Shown here piece by piece: positions 29,690 to 41,821 of a stretch of DNA of 64,000 nt. The position numbers were made by a program, and so were the translations under genes. Below the pieces are notes generated by a model, which searched no databases, was not told the origin of the DNA, and saw nothing but the letters and a program-made list of their open reading frames with translations. Source of the stretch: Tolypothrix carrinoi HA7290-LM1 (lineage in GTDB: Bacteria; Cyanobacteriota; Cyanobacteriia; Cyanobacteriales; Nostocaceae); contig JAHHIK010000020.1 in NCBI GenBank assembly GCA_019358935.1, positions 26,806 through 90,805 of the forward strand, read 5' to 3'. Every line of letters starts with the position of its first letter. Position 1 is the stretch's first letter.

Positions 29690-31123
29690 GTGAATATCGA
29701 CTTATTACTACAACCCTTCCAACGCTTCGGCGTTAATCTGGGATTAGACCGCATTGTCAAACTTTTGGCAAATCTTGGCAACCCCCATGAGCAAGTTCCG
29801 GTAATTCACGTTGCTGGCACGAATGGGAAAGGTTCTGTTTGCGCTTATCTTTCTTCGGTACTTACTGAGGCTGGTTATCGCACAGGACGCTACACTTCAC
29901 CACATTTGGTCGATTGGACGGAACGCATTTGTTTGAATGAACAAGCGATCGCCTCCGATACATTGTCTCAATTAGTACTCCAAGTTCAAGCGGCAATCAG
30001 CCCAGATGAAGAATCACCAACTCAGTTTGAAGTAATTACCGCAGCCGCTTGGTTATATTTTGCACAAAGTAAAGTCGATGTGGCGGTAGTAGAAGTTGGA
30101 TTGGGAGGACGTTTAGATGCGACAAACGTTTGCTCGCAGCCTTTGGTAACTATTATCACTTCCATCAGCCGCGAACATTGGCAACAATTAGGTTCTACAG
30201 TCGCTGAGATTGCCAGAGAAAAAGCTGGGATTCTGAAAGCTGGATGTCCGGCTGTTGTGGGAATATTGCCACCGGATGCAGAAAAAGTCGTGCGATCGCG
30301 TACTCTAGAATTACAATGCCCGTATATTGCGCCTCAACCTGCCCGTCAAATATCTCCAGGATGGGCAGAGTATCAACAAGCAGGAGAGACAAGGGCGACG
30401 GGTGTGGGGGACAAGGGGGACAAGGGGAGCCAGCGCGTTGCGGAGGTCTCCTCCGTTGTAGCGACTGGCGTGGACAAGGGGGACAAGGGGGACAAGGGAG
30501 ACAAGGGGGACAACTTTCTCGTTCCTAACTCTGAAAATCGAAAATCGATTAAATATCGATTGCCCTTAGAAGGACAGATACAGTTAGCTAATTCAAGTTT
30601 AGCGATCGCTGCTTTAGAAATCTTACAACAAAAAGGTTGGCAGATATCACAAGAAGCCATTATCAACGGCATCGCCAAAACTAAATGGCTAGGGAGAATG
30701 CAATCGACAACCTGGAGAAATCATAAACTATTAATTGATGGCGCTCATAACCCAGCTGCGGCTCAAGTTTTACGCGAGTATGTAGATAGTCTGGATACTC
30801 CCAAAGTTAATTGGGTAATGGGAATGCTTTCCACCAAAGAACATGCGGAGATTTTCCAAGCTTTACTACGACCAAATGACAGTTTATACTTAACGCCAGT
30901 ACCAGATCATAGTTCAGCCGATACAAGCGAATTAGCGAAACTAGCTCAGAAAATTTGCCCAGAAATAAGTTATTGTCAAACTTATCCAGATTTATTATCA
31001 GCACTAGAAACAGCTTTTAGCGCAACCGATAATTTAGTCATTTTGTGCGGTTCATTATATCTCATCGGGCATTTTTTCGCAACCGTAAATACCCCTGACT
31101 TTAACCAGCCGCCGACACCCTAA
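29690..31123 (+). CDS. folC: Folylpolyglutamate synthase/dihydrofolate synthase with an in-frame repeat insertion
   Basis: HVAGTNGKGS, YTSPHL, EVGLGGRLDATN, DGAHN; GDKGDK repeat insert at ~30385-30515. Confidence 0.93.
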   Translation: MNIDLLLQPFQRFGVNLGLDRIVKLLANLGNPHEQVPVIHVAGTNGKGSVCAYLSSVLTEAGYRTGRYTSPHLVDWTERICLNEQAIASDTLSQLVLQVQAAISPDEESPTQFEVITAAAWLYFAQSKVDVAVVEVGLGGRLDATNVCSQPLVTIITSISREHWQQLGSTVAEIAREKAGILKAGCPAVVGILPPDAEKVVRSRTLELQCPYIAPQPARQISPGWAEYQQAGETRATGVGDKGDKGSQRVAEVSSVVATGVDKGDKGDKGDKGDNFLVPNSENRKSIKYRLPLEGQIQLANSSLAIAALEILQQKGWQISQEAIINGIAKTKWLGRMQSTTWRNHKLLIDGAHNPAAAQVLREYVDSLDTPKVNWVMGMLSTKEHAEIFQALLRPNDSLYLTPVPDHSSADTSELAKLAQKICPEISYCQTYPDLLSALETAFSATDNLVILCGSLYLIGHFFATVNTPDFNQPPTP

Positions 31124-31227
31124 CCCTCTCCTCCTCTCGTTCCCAGTCTGAGACTAGGAACGAGGTAAGGTAAACTTTCAACTCCTAACAACTAACAACT
31201 AACACCCAACAACTAACTCCGCTCCTC

Positions 31228-32529
31228 CTAACTCCTACTGCTATTCCACTCCTGCGCTGCATCCTCAACAGCTTTATCTACCGTTTTCTCACCCAGCATC
31301 GCTGCTTGCAGATTCTCATAAATTGCCTTTTGCAGCTTATTAAAATCCTTCAAAGTCGGAGTTAAAATTTCTGCTTGTTGCAACTCTTTCGCACTCATCG
31401 CCCGCGCAACTTCCAACGTTGAAGCACTAGCCGGCACATCTTTAAAGTAGCTGTCAGACAGCGCTTTGGTAGTCGATGGTAGAACATTTGCGGCTTTCGC
31501 AAACGCTAACTGATTCTCATCATTAGTGACAAATAGCGCGAATTTAACAGCCGCATCTGGTTGCTTAGTGTCGCGGGGGATAACTATATTCATCACAGCG
31601 ACATTTTTCTTACCCGTTTCACCAGTGATTTGCGGTGCGGTTGCGGAAACTTCAGCTATTTTCGGCGCATTTATGGCGATTTGCTTTAAAAATTCGGGAC
31701 CACTAGCTAGTATTGCCGTTTCTCCAGCTTGGTACAAATCGATCGCATGACGATGACCTTGAGTTAACACCTCTTGTGGTAAAAGTTTCTTCTTGTACAA
31801 GTCTACCCAATATTGAAACGCCGCTTTCCCTTGGGGAGTGTTAAAAGCCGCTTTGCCTTCAGCATCTACCAAAGTTACCCCCATCTGCACCAAAGACTCA
31901 ATTACTTCACCCGAATCTTGTGGTACGAAAGTCACAAAAAAAGCATATTTCCCAGTTTTTTCCTTAATTTGTTGAGCAAAAACTGCTAATTCCGTGTAAG
32001 TACTGGGTACTTTATTAATGCTTAACTGTTTTAATAAAGCGGTGTTATATATAGTTAGCCGCGTGGTGAGATACCAGGGAATCCCAAAACTCTTGCCATT
32101 AAGTGTGCTTGCTTTCCATATATTCGGCAGATATGAAGAGCGTGTTTCGTTTGGGACTTTTGCATCTAAATTCAACCAGGCATTTCGTCCTGCAAGTTGA
32201 GATGCAAAATCCGGATTTAAGTTCACAACATCAGGTGGCGTTTTTCCGGAGACAGCTGTTAAGATTTTGTTCTCCATCGCTGCCCAAGGTACATCAACCC
32301 AGTTTACCTTTATACCGGGATTTTGTGTTTGAAAAGTGGCAATTAAGCTTTGAAAGTAGTTAGTAAATTGAGGTTGGAGTTGCATTGTCCAAAACTCAAT
32401 ACTTGCCCCTGAAGAAGCTTGTTTTGTACTTGTGCCGACATTACCTGTTGTGCAGCTGACAATCCAACTGGTTAATAAGCCAAGCAGCACATAAACAGTC
32501 AATCGTTTTAACTTTTGAATTTGAATCAT
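31228..32529 (-). CDS. Sugar ABC transporter substrate-binding lipoprotein
   Basis: Start at MIQIQK, lipobox IVSC, IEFWTMQLQPQF, GIPWY; the longer ORF extension is only STRR translation. Confidence 0.88.
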   Translation of the reverse strand: MIQIQKLKRLTVYVLLGLLTSWIVSCTTGNVGTSTKQASSGASIEFWTMQLQPQFTNYFQSLIATFQTQNPGIKVNWVDVPWAAMENKILTAVSGKTPPDVVNLNPDFASQLAGRNAWLNLDAKVPNETRSSYLPNIWKASTLNGKSFGIPWYLTTRLTIYNTALLKQLSINKVPSTYTELAVFAQQIKEKTGKYAFFVTFVPQDSGEVIESLVQMGVTLVDAEGKAAFNTPQGKAAFQYWVDLYKKKLLPQEVLTQGHRHAIDLYQAGETAILASGPEFLKQIAINAPKIAEVSATAPQITGETGKKNVAVMNIVIPRDTKQPDAAVKFALFVTNDENQLAFAKAANVLPSTTKALSDSYFKDVPASASTLEVARAMSAKELQQAEILTPTLKDFNKLQKAIYENLQAAMLGEKTVDKAVEDAAQEWNSSRS

Positions 32530-32717
32530 CGTACTAATTGGTAATTGGTAATTGGTAATTGGTAATTGGTAATTGGTAATTGGTAATTGGTAATTCCTCC
32601 TTGTCCTCCTTGTCCCCCTTGTCCCCCTTGTCCCCCATTCCCCATTCCCCATTACCAATTCCCCATTCCCCATTCCCCAAATTAAATTTTCTACTAAACA
32701 GTGCGGCACGAAAAACT

Positions 32718-33827
32718 GTGGTTAAAAATTTCCAGAAATTCTTTAGCAAATCAAATAAAGGAGTTGGGATAGAACTTGCTCCTGAGCGGGTGAATATAGC
32801 TCAACTACGCAAGCAGCGTCAAGGCTTAAAATTAGACTCCTTAACATCGGTTCCGGTTCCAGAAGGCATTTTTGTTGATGGTCAAATTACCGACCCCGCA
32901 GCAATGGCGGAATTAATTCAGCAAGCGCTAGCTGAAAGTAAAATTAAAGCTTCTCGCGTTGCGACTGCTGTACCGGGACGAGAATCAATTGTACGTTTGA
33001 TTCCGGTGCCAGCAGAGTTAGATGACAAAGAACTGCGGGAAATGGTGCTTAACCACGAAGCCGGTTTGTATTTGCCTTATCCCCGCGAAGAAGCTGATGT
33101 TGATTATCAAAAACTTGGATACAAAGTAGATGAAGATGGCATTGAAAAAGTGGAGGTGCTTTTAGTTGCCACCCGTAAAGATATTACTGATTCTTACGTA
33201 AGTACGTTTGAGCAAGCGGGATTGCAAATTGATGTTTTAGAAATTAGCAGTTTTGCTTTAATTCGGACAATTCGCGAAAAATTGCGGCAATTTGGACCGC
33301 AAGAAGCGGCAGTGTTAGTTGATATCGAATTCGACAGTACAGAGATAGCGATCGTTGTTAACGGTGTGCCGCAATTTTCGCGCACAGTGCCAATAGGCAC
33401 TTATCAAATGCAAAATGCTTTGTCAAAAGCGATGAATTTACCGACGTCACGAGACACGGAACTGTTGCAGGGAATGATTATTCCGACGACACCGATGGAG
33501 GATCAAGGAAAAACCGGTGTTACTGGCGTTAATCCTGGTATGGCAGCGATGATGCGAGTATTGGGAGAATTAACAGATGAACTGCGCCGTTCAATCGATT
33601 TTTACCTCAATCAAGCTGAAAATTTAGAAATAGCAGAGATTATGTTGGCAGGTTCGGGAGGGGGACTGGGGCAGTTAAATGACTTTTTCACCCAAAGATT
33701 AAGTTTACCAACTACTCAAATCGATCCGGTGGGTGCGCTGTCGTTGGAAATTGACGAGGAAAAATATCCCTTGGTGCAACGTCCTGGATTGGGAATAGTA
33801 CTTGGTCTAGGAATGCGGGAGGCGTAA
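32718..33827 (+). CDS. pilM: Type IV pilus assembly protein PilM
   Basis: GVGIEL, EAGLYLPYPREEADVDY, ELRRSIDFY; first gene of the pilMNOQ run. Confidence 0.93.
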   Translation: MVKNFQKFFSKSNKGVGIELAPERVNIAQLRKQRQGLKLDSLTSVPVPEGIFVDGQITDPAAMAELIQQALAESKIKASRVATAVPGRESIVRLIPVPAELDDKELREMVLNHEAGLYLPYPREEADVDYQKLGYKVDEDGIEKVEVLLVATRKDITDSYVSTFEQAGLQIDVLEISSFALIRTIREKLRQFGPQEAAVLVDIEFDSTEIAIVVNGVPQFSRTVPIGTYQMQNALSKAMNLPTSRDTELLQGMIIPTTPMEDQGKTGVTGVNPGMAAMMRVLGELTDELRRSIDFYLNQAENLEIAEIMLAGSGGGLGQLNDFFTQRLSLPTTQIDPVGALSLEIDEEKYPLVQRPGLGIVLGLGMREA

Positions 33828-33831
33828 CAAA

Positions 33832-34599
33832 ATGTACAGTTTAGAGGTTAATTTTCTTAAAGACCGCAAACCTGAACCGAAAAATACGAGCAAGAAGCCA
33901 AGACAGGCAATTTCTCTTGGTGATTTAACACCGATATATATAGGAGTTACTGTTGGTGTGATTTTCCCGGCTTTGGTGGGGGGTGGATGGTGGCTTTTGC
34001 AAGCGAAAAATACTGAGTTAGGAGAGAATATAGCCAAACTGGAGCAGCAGAATCAAGAATTAGAGTCGAAAGTTGGGAATATTAACAAAATCAAGGAAGA
34101 AACGAACAAAGTTAAACAAGAAACTCAAGCTTTAGTGACTGTATTTGACCAAATTCGACCTTGGTCAGCGATGTTGCAAGATATGCGCGATCGCATTCCC
34201 GCAACTGTGCAAATTGAAAATATCAAGCAAATCGCACCCACTACCGCTGAAGGGCAGCAACCAGCCAATCCCGCTGGAGGAGTGGAAATTACTGGCTATG
34301 CTCGCTCTTTTAACGATGTCAACGATTTCTTACTCAGTCTGCAACAGTCGCGTTTCCTCAAATCCACCGAGGGCAAAATTACCACAGCAGAGTTAGTAGA
34401 TGCCCCCATACCTCCCGGTACTGTTCAACCGCCAAATAGTGTATTAATTAAACCACCACAACTAGTTAAATATACGATTCAATCCAGCATGAGTGATGTT
34501 CCGGCTTCTGAGTTAACCCGCGAGTTGGAGCAAAAAGGCACAGTCGGATTAGTCAGTAGAATTCGCAGTCTGCAACAAACAGGAGTCATTTCTAGATGA
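33832..34599 (+). CDS. pilN: Type IV pilus assembly protein PilN
   Basis: EVNFLKDR motif, TM helix, coiled coil, PWSAML; synteny. Confidence 0.9.
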   Translation: MYSLEVNFLKDRKPEPKNTSKKPRQAISLGDLTPIYIGVTVGVIFPALVGGGWWLLQAKNTELGENIAKLEQQNQELESKVGNINKIKEETNKVKQETQALVTVFDQIRPWSAMLQDMRDRIPATVQIENIKQIAPTTAEGQQPANPAGGVEITGYARSFNDVNDFLLSLQQSRFLKSTEGKITTAELVDAPIPPGTVQPPNSVLIKPPQLVKYTIQSSMSDVPASELTRELEQKGTVGLVSRIRSLQQTGVISR

Positions 34600-35351
34600 C
34601 CTACAGTGATGATTTAAATTTTGGCGAGCAAGACGGTGCATTTGAGGCGGCTGGTTCTGCTTATCCTACCGCATTTGGCATTACCTTCACACCAAAAATC
34701 ATTGGCATTTTGGCGGGGGTTTTGGGTTTGGGGGTAGCAGCTTTTATGCTTTTTAACTTAGTGATGCCGGCTTGGGACACCTTTCAACAACAGCAAGCAA
34801 AAAGCCAAGACTTAGATTCGCAAATTCAGCAAAAGAATGCCAGCATCCAACAAATTGGCAAAGTTAAAGAAGAACTAGCGCAATCAAAACAGCAACAAAT
34901 CCAAGTTTTATCTTTATTTGCGAATGAGAAAACCTTGGATACATTGCTACTTGATTTGAATCGCTTAGTTGAATCTGGTAATGCTCAAATTCCGGCAAAT
35001 GCAGTTAAGGCAAAACTGAAGAAGTTTGCACCATCCGGACAGAAACCAGAACCGATTATCGATAGTAGTTTTGGACCACTAGTAAACGGCAAGTTGAAAC
35101 GTAGCACTATTAATATTGAAATTCAAGGAACCTATGAACAAACACAATCGATTTTCCGCAATATAGAACGTTTACAGCCTTTGTTGCTAGTTAAAGATTA
35201 TCAATCAACTTTGGCACCAGAACCTCCTGCTGAACCAGGTAAAAGCGTGCGTCGAATTGGTCCAGCACCGCTTACTACATCCTTCGTGTTACAAGCTTTG
35301 ATGCCACTTAATGCCGAGGAAGTAGCAGCAGCAGCCAAAGCGAAGAAGTGA
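34596..35351 (+). CDS. pilO: Type IV pilus assembly protein PilO
   Basis: TM helix, coiled coil, GTYEQTQSIFRNIERLQPLL; synteny. Confidence 0.88.
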   Translation: MTYSDDLNFGEQDGAFEAAGSAYPTAFGITFTPKIIGILAGVLGLGVAAFMLFNLVMPAWDTFQQQQAKSQDLDSQIQQKNASIQQIGKVKEELAQSKQQQIQVLSLFANEKTLDTLLLDLNRLVESGNAQIPANAVKAKLKKFAPSGQKPEPIIDSSFGPLVNGKLKRSTINIEIQGTYEQTQSIFRNIERLQPLLLVKDYQSTLAPEPPAEPGKSVRRIGPAPLTTSFVLQALMPLNAEEVAAAAKAKK

Positions 35352-35364
35352 ATGAGACTCTCGC

Positions 35365-35482
35365 AAAGCCCTCAGGCTGGAAGCCTGGGGCTACACGGAC
35401 AAAGCCCACCTTCGTGGGCTGGATTTCTTAGCCCACGAAGGTGGGCTTCGTAAGATTAGCCCCAGGCTTATAGCCTGCGGGC
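35365..35482. repeat. REP/MITE-like multi-hairpin element between pilO and pilQ
   Basis: AGCCCACCTTCGTGGGCT and AGCCCACGAAGGTGGGCT hairpins, flanked by CAGGCT...AGCCTG hairpins in inverted arrangement. Confidence 0.7.
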
Positions 35483-35520
35483 GGGGGAACTAAATAATTT
35501 TATAAAGTGAGGAATGAACT

Positions 35521-37926
35521 GTGAAACTTCACGGTAATAGTTTTATATTGGCAGCCGCTGCTTTTGTCTTTGTAGCAGCTCAACCTGTGTCAGCACAGAC
35601 TACTGAAATTACTGATGTACAGTTAAATCCCGTTGATGGGGGAATTAATCTTGTATTAAAAACTTCTTCAGGTTCGCGCCCTCAAGTTTTTACCACAAAA
35701 CGCGGTAAAAGTCTAGTAGCAGATATTATTAATACGCAATTACGTTTACCTCAAGGTAATAGTTTCCGCCAAGATAACCCCGCACCGGGAATTACCTCAG
35801 TAGCAATCAATCAGCTTGATGCTAATAGCATTCGGGTAACGGTGATTGGAGAGAAAGGAGTTCCCAATACTCAGCCTGTGAAGCGAGGAGGCAGCGGAAT
35901 TACCCTCAGCTATAGCCCAGGAACGGAAGTAGCGGCAGGGGCACCAATTCCGACAGCGCCGGCTGCTTCTACCCCATCGCGATCGGCTCCTCTTGTCCCT
36001 AACCCGCAAGTGACGGTGGACGGGACACCGGCACAAGCAGCCGGTCCTGGTCAACCTGGGACAGCCGCACCGCCTTTTTTACCGAGAGCGGTTGCCCCAC
36101 CAGTTGGAGATATTGCGATTTCTAATACTGATGCTTCTCCGAGCGTGATTGATTTGGGAACTCAAGAACGTGTCCCCCGCTTGGTGTTACGAGATGCTCC
36201 AGTACGTGAAGTTTTATCACTGCTTGCTCGTGCTGCTAATTTGAACTTGGCTTACGCAGCAGGGGGACAAGGTGCTGATGGTAAGCCGGCTGCTGCTGCT
36301 GGGGGTGATGGACTGACAATTTCTTTAGATATTGAAAACGAGCCAGTGCAAGATGTTTTTAACTACGTTTTGCGTTTGAGTGGTTTAGAAGCTAACCGCA
36401 GCGGACGCACGATTTTTGTGGGAAGTAACTTACCCAGTGCCACCCGTGATACGGTGATGCGTAATTTGCGACTCAATCAGGTGACGGTAGGAGTCGCCGT
36501 AAACTTTTTGGTCAGCTTAGGGGCAGAAAGTGCCATCAGCCGCGAACGACAAGTTACCAGCGTTAATGCTGTGCCTGTAGGTGCTGGAGTTGCGCCAATC
36601 ACTCAATCTCAGACGACTACAGAAAGCAGAGTAGATACTCAACGTGTTGATTTTCAAGACTCAAAGCCATTACTAAGAGGTTTGCAAGCACTAGGAGACG
36701 AGCGCACCAATTCCCTAACTTTGATTGGTTCACCGAAGCTAGTTGAGATGGCGATGGCGCAACTAGGTCAGCTTGATATCCGGCGTCGTCAGGTAGCAGT
36801 TAACGTCAAAATTATCGACGTTAACCTCTTGAATACCCAAGACCAAAATACTAGCTTTTCCTTTGGCGTTGGCAATAACTTCTTTACGAGTGATGGTGGT
36901 GCAGCATCTCTGAATTTTGGCGGTTCCAGACCAGCTACTAGTGTTGAAGCTGCAAACAGTGTGACTAGTACGCCGGTCATCCAGAATCCAATTACAGGAG
37001 CGCCCTTTTTTGACCCAAACAGCAGCGTAAATGTTCCAGGGACTACGCCTGGTACGATTGTGGTAGATTCTAACGGCAATACTTTTAGAACTCAAAATTC
37101 AGGAACTGGCAGTTTTTACACACCTGTTGCGCCTACTGGTAATCCCTTACGACCTGGTTTTTCTAGCATCACTCCAGCAACAGATAATATCGTGACACTG
37201 AATGCTGATGGTACTACGAGTGTCTCACAAGGTACTCTTGGTTCCGCTGTTGCATCTCTCCCCTCTTTATACCAATTCCCCAAACGTTTTCTCGCGAGTT
37301 TGCAAGCTCAGGTGCAAAGTGGCAATGCCAAAATTTTGACTGACCCAACTTTAATTGTGCAAGAAGGTCAACAGGCTAATGTCAACTTGACACAGCAAGT
37401 GGTAGGCAATATTAAGAGGGAAATAGTTCGTGACGACAATATTGCTACAGAAACAATTTCCGCCGAGAAAGATAACGTGGGTTTAACCTTAGCTGTTAAA
37501 GTTGATCGGATTGATGATAACGGTTTTGTCTCTTTATCGGTAGCTCCTGTTGTCAAAGCACCCCAAGCTCCAGCTACCATAAATGTTGGAGGCGGCGGTA
37601 GTCAACAAATATTTTTGGTGTCTGAACGCTCCCTTAATTCTGGTTTGATTCGCCTGCGAGATGGTCAGACGCTAATTCTCAGTGGGATAATTCAAGATAC
37701 AGACCGGACAAGTGTATCTAAGATTCCCATTTTGGGTGATATTCCTCTGCTTGGTTCGCTGTTTAGAAAGACAAACAGACAGAATCAGCGTCAAGAGGTG
37801 ATTGTATTACTCACACCGCAAATTATGGATGACTCAGAGCGCTCCTCCTACGGCTATAACTACACTCCTAGCCCTGAGGTGCGGCGAACTTTGGAGCGTA
37901 GTGGCTTGAAGGTTCCAGGGAAATAA
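35521..37926 (+). CDS. pilQ: Type IV pilus secretin with AMIN domain
   Basis: Signal peptide, AMIN-like N-terminus, secretin C-terminus KIPILGDIPLLGSLFR...VIVLLTPQI. Confidence 0.93.
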   Translation: MKLHGNSFILAAAAFVFVAAQPVSAQTTEITDVQLNPVDGGINLVLKTSSGSRPQVFTTKRGKSLVADIINTQLRLPQGNSFRQDNPAPGITSVAINQLDANSIRVTVIGEKGVPNTQPVKRGGSGITLSYSPGTEVAAGAPIPTAPAASTPSRSAPLVPNPQVTVDGTPAQAAGPGQPGTAAPPFLPRAVAPPVGDIAISNTDASPSVIDLGTQERVPRLVLRDAPVREVLSLLARAANLNLAYAAGGQGADGKPAAAAGGDGLTISLDIENEPVQDVFNYVLRLSGLEANRSGRTIFVGSNLPSATRDTVMRNLRLNQVTVGVAVNFLVSLGAESAISRERQVTSVNAVPVGAGVAPITQSQTTTESRVDTQRVDFQDSKPLLRGLQALGDERTNSLTLIGSPKLVEMAMAQLGQLDIRRRQVAVNVKIIDVNLLNTQDQNTSFSFGVGNNFFTSDGGAASLNFGGSRPATSVEAANSVTSTPVIQNPITGAPFFDPNSSVNVPGTTPGTIVVDSNGNTFRTQNSGTGSFYTPVAPTGNPLRPGFSSITPATDNIVTLNADGTTSVSQGTLGSAVASLPSLYQFPKRFLASLQAQVQSGNAKILTDPTLIVQEGQQANVNLTQQVVGNIKREIVRDDNIATETISAEKDNVGLTLAVKVDRIDDNGFVSLSVAPVVKAPQAPATINVGGGGSQQIFLVSERSLNSGLIRLRDGQTLILSGIIQDTDRTSVSKIPILGDIPLLGSLFRKTNRQNQRQEVIVLLTPQIMDDSERSSYGYNYTPSPEVRRTLERSGLKVPGK

Positions 37927-38387
37927 GCCCTCGCGAATAAAATTGCGTGTTGCAAGATCCCCGACTTCTTAAAGAAGTCGGGGATCTGACCGTCACGAAT
38001 CGTAATATAAAGACAGATTCTCATTGCTACATTTCCTGATGCTTGAGAACGTTTGCGACAAGGTGAAGCGATCGCCGAAAGATCGCGATCGCCCCTAGTT
38101 CCACGTTTTTACTAAGTATTTTTTCCTAGTTTTTAGCCAAACAATCGCTTTATAAAGAGAAAAAATGCCGAAATCTATATAAATTAATGGTTTCATCTAT
38201 CCACATCTGGCTACAACACCTTAGAATGATTCTTTGAAAAGTGCAGTCTACAGGATTTACAGGCATTTTGTGTGGAATGCTCCGGTGCATGACGCTTTTT
38301 GTAAATCTTGAAACAGAGATTTACGCTGATGATGCGCTCAGTGAGCGTATCTGTAGACAATCGAAAGTAAACTTCAAGGAGTTTTAC

Positions 38388-38672
38388 ATGAACAAAGGTG
38401 AATTAGTTGATGCGGTAGCTGAAAAAGCTAGTGTTACGAAAAAACAAGCTGATGCTGTCTTAACTGCGGCTTTGGAAACTATTATCGAAGCTGTCTCTTC
38501 TGGTGATAAAGTAACGCTGGTGGGATTCGGTTCGTTTGAATCACGCGAACGTAAGGCTCGTGAAGGTCGCAACCCGAAAACAAACGAAAAGATGGAAATT
38601 CCCGCAACCAAGGTTCCTGCTTTTTCAGCTGGCAAGCTGTTCAGAGAAAGAGTTGCACCCCCAAAATCATAG
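38388..38672 (+). CDS. hup: DNA-binding protein HU
   Basis: MNKGELVDAVA...LVGFGSF...GRNPKT; AAGGAG RBS. Confidence 0.96.
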   Translation: MNKGELVDAVAEKASVTKKQADAVLTAALETIIEAVSSGDKVTLVGFGSFESRERKAREGRNPKTNEKMEIPATKVPAFSAGKLFRERVAPPKS

Positions 38673-38695
38673 GTTCTCTCTCAAGGAACTGTTTT

Positions 38696-40011
<1,316 letters not shown>

Positions 40012-40147
40012 ATTTGAGATTTTGGATTTAACCCATCCACTCATAAAATGAGGCTTGAGGATTTTGGATACTCAATCCAAAATCCTTAACTCCAAAATCT
40101 CAAATTCAAGTATCAAAGTCCTTCTCTTAACTCTTGACTATTGACTA

Positions 40148-41647
40148 ATGACTATTGACTACGATGTCGTAATTATAGGCGGTAGTCTTGCTGGACGCAA
40201 TGCAGCCCTTGCTGCTACTAATCTACACGCTACTGTTGCCCTAGTGGAACCCACAGTCAACTTGGGGTTTATTTATCACTACGCGCTTGGGGAAATTGGC
40301 AAACTTGCCCAGCGTGTTAATGCTGCGGCTAATTTTGGTATTCATTTTTATACGGATACTGCACAGGACAACTATTTAAACGGGAGAATACCCACAACAG
40401 TCTTCTCAGAAAAGTGCCAAACATCTGTAGAATGGGAAGAAGCGATGCTTTATGCTCGCGGTGTCGTCTCAAATCTTCAAGAACAAAATTCACTCGCCAT
40501 TTTAGCTGCCAAAGGTGTCGATGTCATCATTGGTAGCGGTGAATTTGTATTGTCACCTCATCTTGCTTTTGCCGTTAATAACCGTCAGCTTCGCGCACGT
40601 ACCTATTTGCTAGCTAGTGGTTCCCGTCCGGCAATTCCAGAGATTGAAGGATTGCAAACTACCGGCTTTTTGACTTTATCTAATATTTGGCAGGCTTTGT
40701 CTAAGTCTCCAACATTACCCAAAAATTGGGTGATAATTGGTGGTGTTCCCCAAAGCGTTGAAATAGCACAAACTTTAGCGCGGTTGGGTTGCAGCGTGAC
40801 GCTGGTTGTCAAACATGCCTATATTTTACCGAATCTTGACCCTGAGATAACCCAATTGCTGCAAGCGCAGTTAGAAGTCGATGGTGTGCGCTTGCTGACG
40901 CAAACAACCGTAACTCAGGTGAGACGAATTGATAACCAAAAGTGGGTTCAGGCTGGAGATAAGGCAATTGAAACTGATGAAATTTTGGTGGCAACTGCAC
41001 AACAGCCGAATATTGAATCTTTAAATTTGCCTGCGGTTGGTGTCAAATGGCATCAACATCGCTTGATAGTAAACGACAAATTGCAAACAACAAATCGCCG
41101 CATTTATGCTTGTGGTGATGTTATTGGCGGTTATGATTTTGTCAATCTTGCTAATTATGAAGCGAAAATTGCTTTAAAGAATGCTTTATTTTTTCCAGTT
41201 AGTAAAGTCAATTATCAATGCGTTCCTTGGGGGCTGTTTTCTTATCCAATGCTGGCACAAGTCGGCTTAACAGAAAGTCTTGCCAAACGTCGATATATTC
41301 CAGATGAAGTTTTCGTTTTGCGACAATATTTTAAAACAGTGACAGCAGCCCAAATCAGCGAAGAAACTACAGGTATATGTAAATTAATTGTTCTTCGTAA
41401 TGGGGAAATTTTAGGTGCTTCTTTACTGGGGGCAGAAGCGGTAGAATTAATTAATCTGATTGCGTTGGCTATATCTGAAAAAATTAAAATTAATCAATTA
41501 GCGAATTTATCTTGTGTTTATCCGGCTTTCTCGGAAATTATTGAACAAACTGCACGAGAATGGGAACGGCAAAAGTTAAATAGCAATATTGCTTTGCAAG
41601 ACTTTCTCGAAGGCTTCTTTGATTTTCGCCGCAATTGGAATATTTAA
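40148..41647 (+). CDS. Pyridine nucleotide-disulphide oxidoreductase-like flavoprotein (degenerate)
   Basis: YDVVIIGG, LLASGSRPAIP, IYACGDV and a dimerisation domain; no CxxxxC. Confidence 0.8.
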   Translation: MTIDYDVVIIGGSLAGRNAALAATNLHATVALVEPTVNLGFIYHYALGEIGKLAQRVNAAANFGIHFYTDTAQDNYLNGRIPTTVFSEKCQTSVEWEEAMLYARGVVSNLQEQNSLAILAAKGVDVIIGSGEFVLSPHLAFAVNNRQLRARTYLLASGSRPAIPEIEGLQTTGFLTLSNIWQALSKSPTLPKNWVIIGGVPQSVEIAQTLARLGCSVTLVVKHAYILPNLDPEITQLLQAQLEVDGVRLLTQTTVTQVRRIDNQKWVQAGDKAIETDEILVATAQQPNIESLNLPAVGVKWHQHRLIVNDKLQTTNRRIYACGDVIGGYDFVNLANYEAKIALKNALFFPVSKVNYQCVPWGLFSYPMLAQVGLTESLAKRRYIPDEVFVLRQYFKTVTAAQISEETTGICKLIVLRNGEILGASLLGAEAVELINLIALAISEKIKINQLANLSCVYPAFSEIIEQTAREWERQKLNSNIALQDFLEGFFDFRRNWNI

Positions 41648-41821
41648 ATGTTTTCTCAGCAGACCTAACCCCCCGACCCCCTTCCCGAAGCGGGAAGGGG
41701 GAGTCAAAGCCTCTCCAGTAATAAAAGCTGCTCCTCTTCCCTCCCCTTGTAGGGGAGGGTTAGGGAGAGGTAGGAGAGAGGTTTGGAGAGAGGTCTAATT
41801 ATTTTAAAACATCAAAATGCC

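Noticed and set aside
32530..32717. Long N-terminal extensions of the ABC binding protein and PilM (likewise ilvC, HU, ispD)
   Set aside because: They run through repeats or UTRs; downstream starts match the family N-termini.
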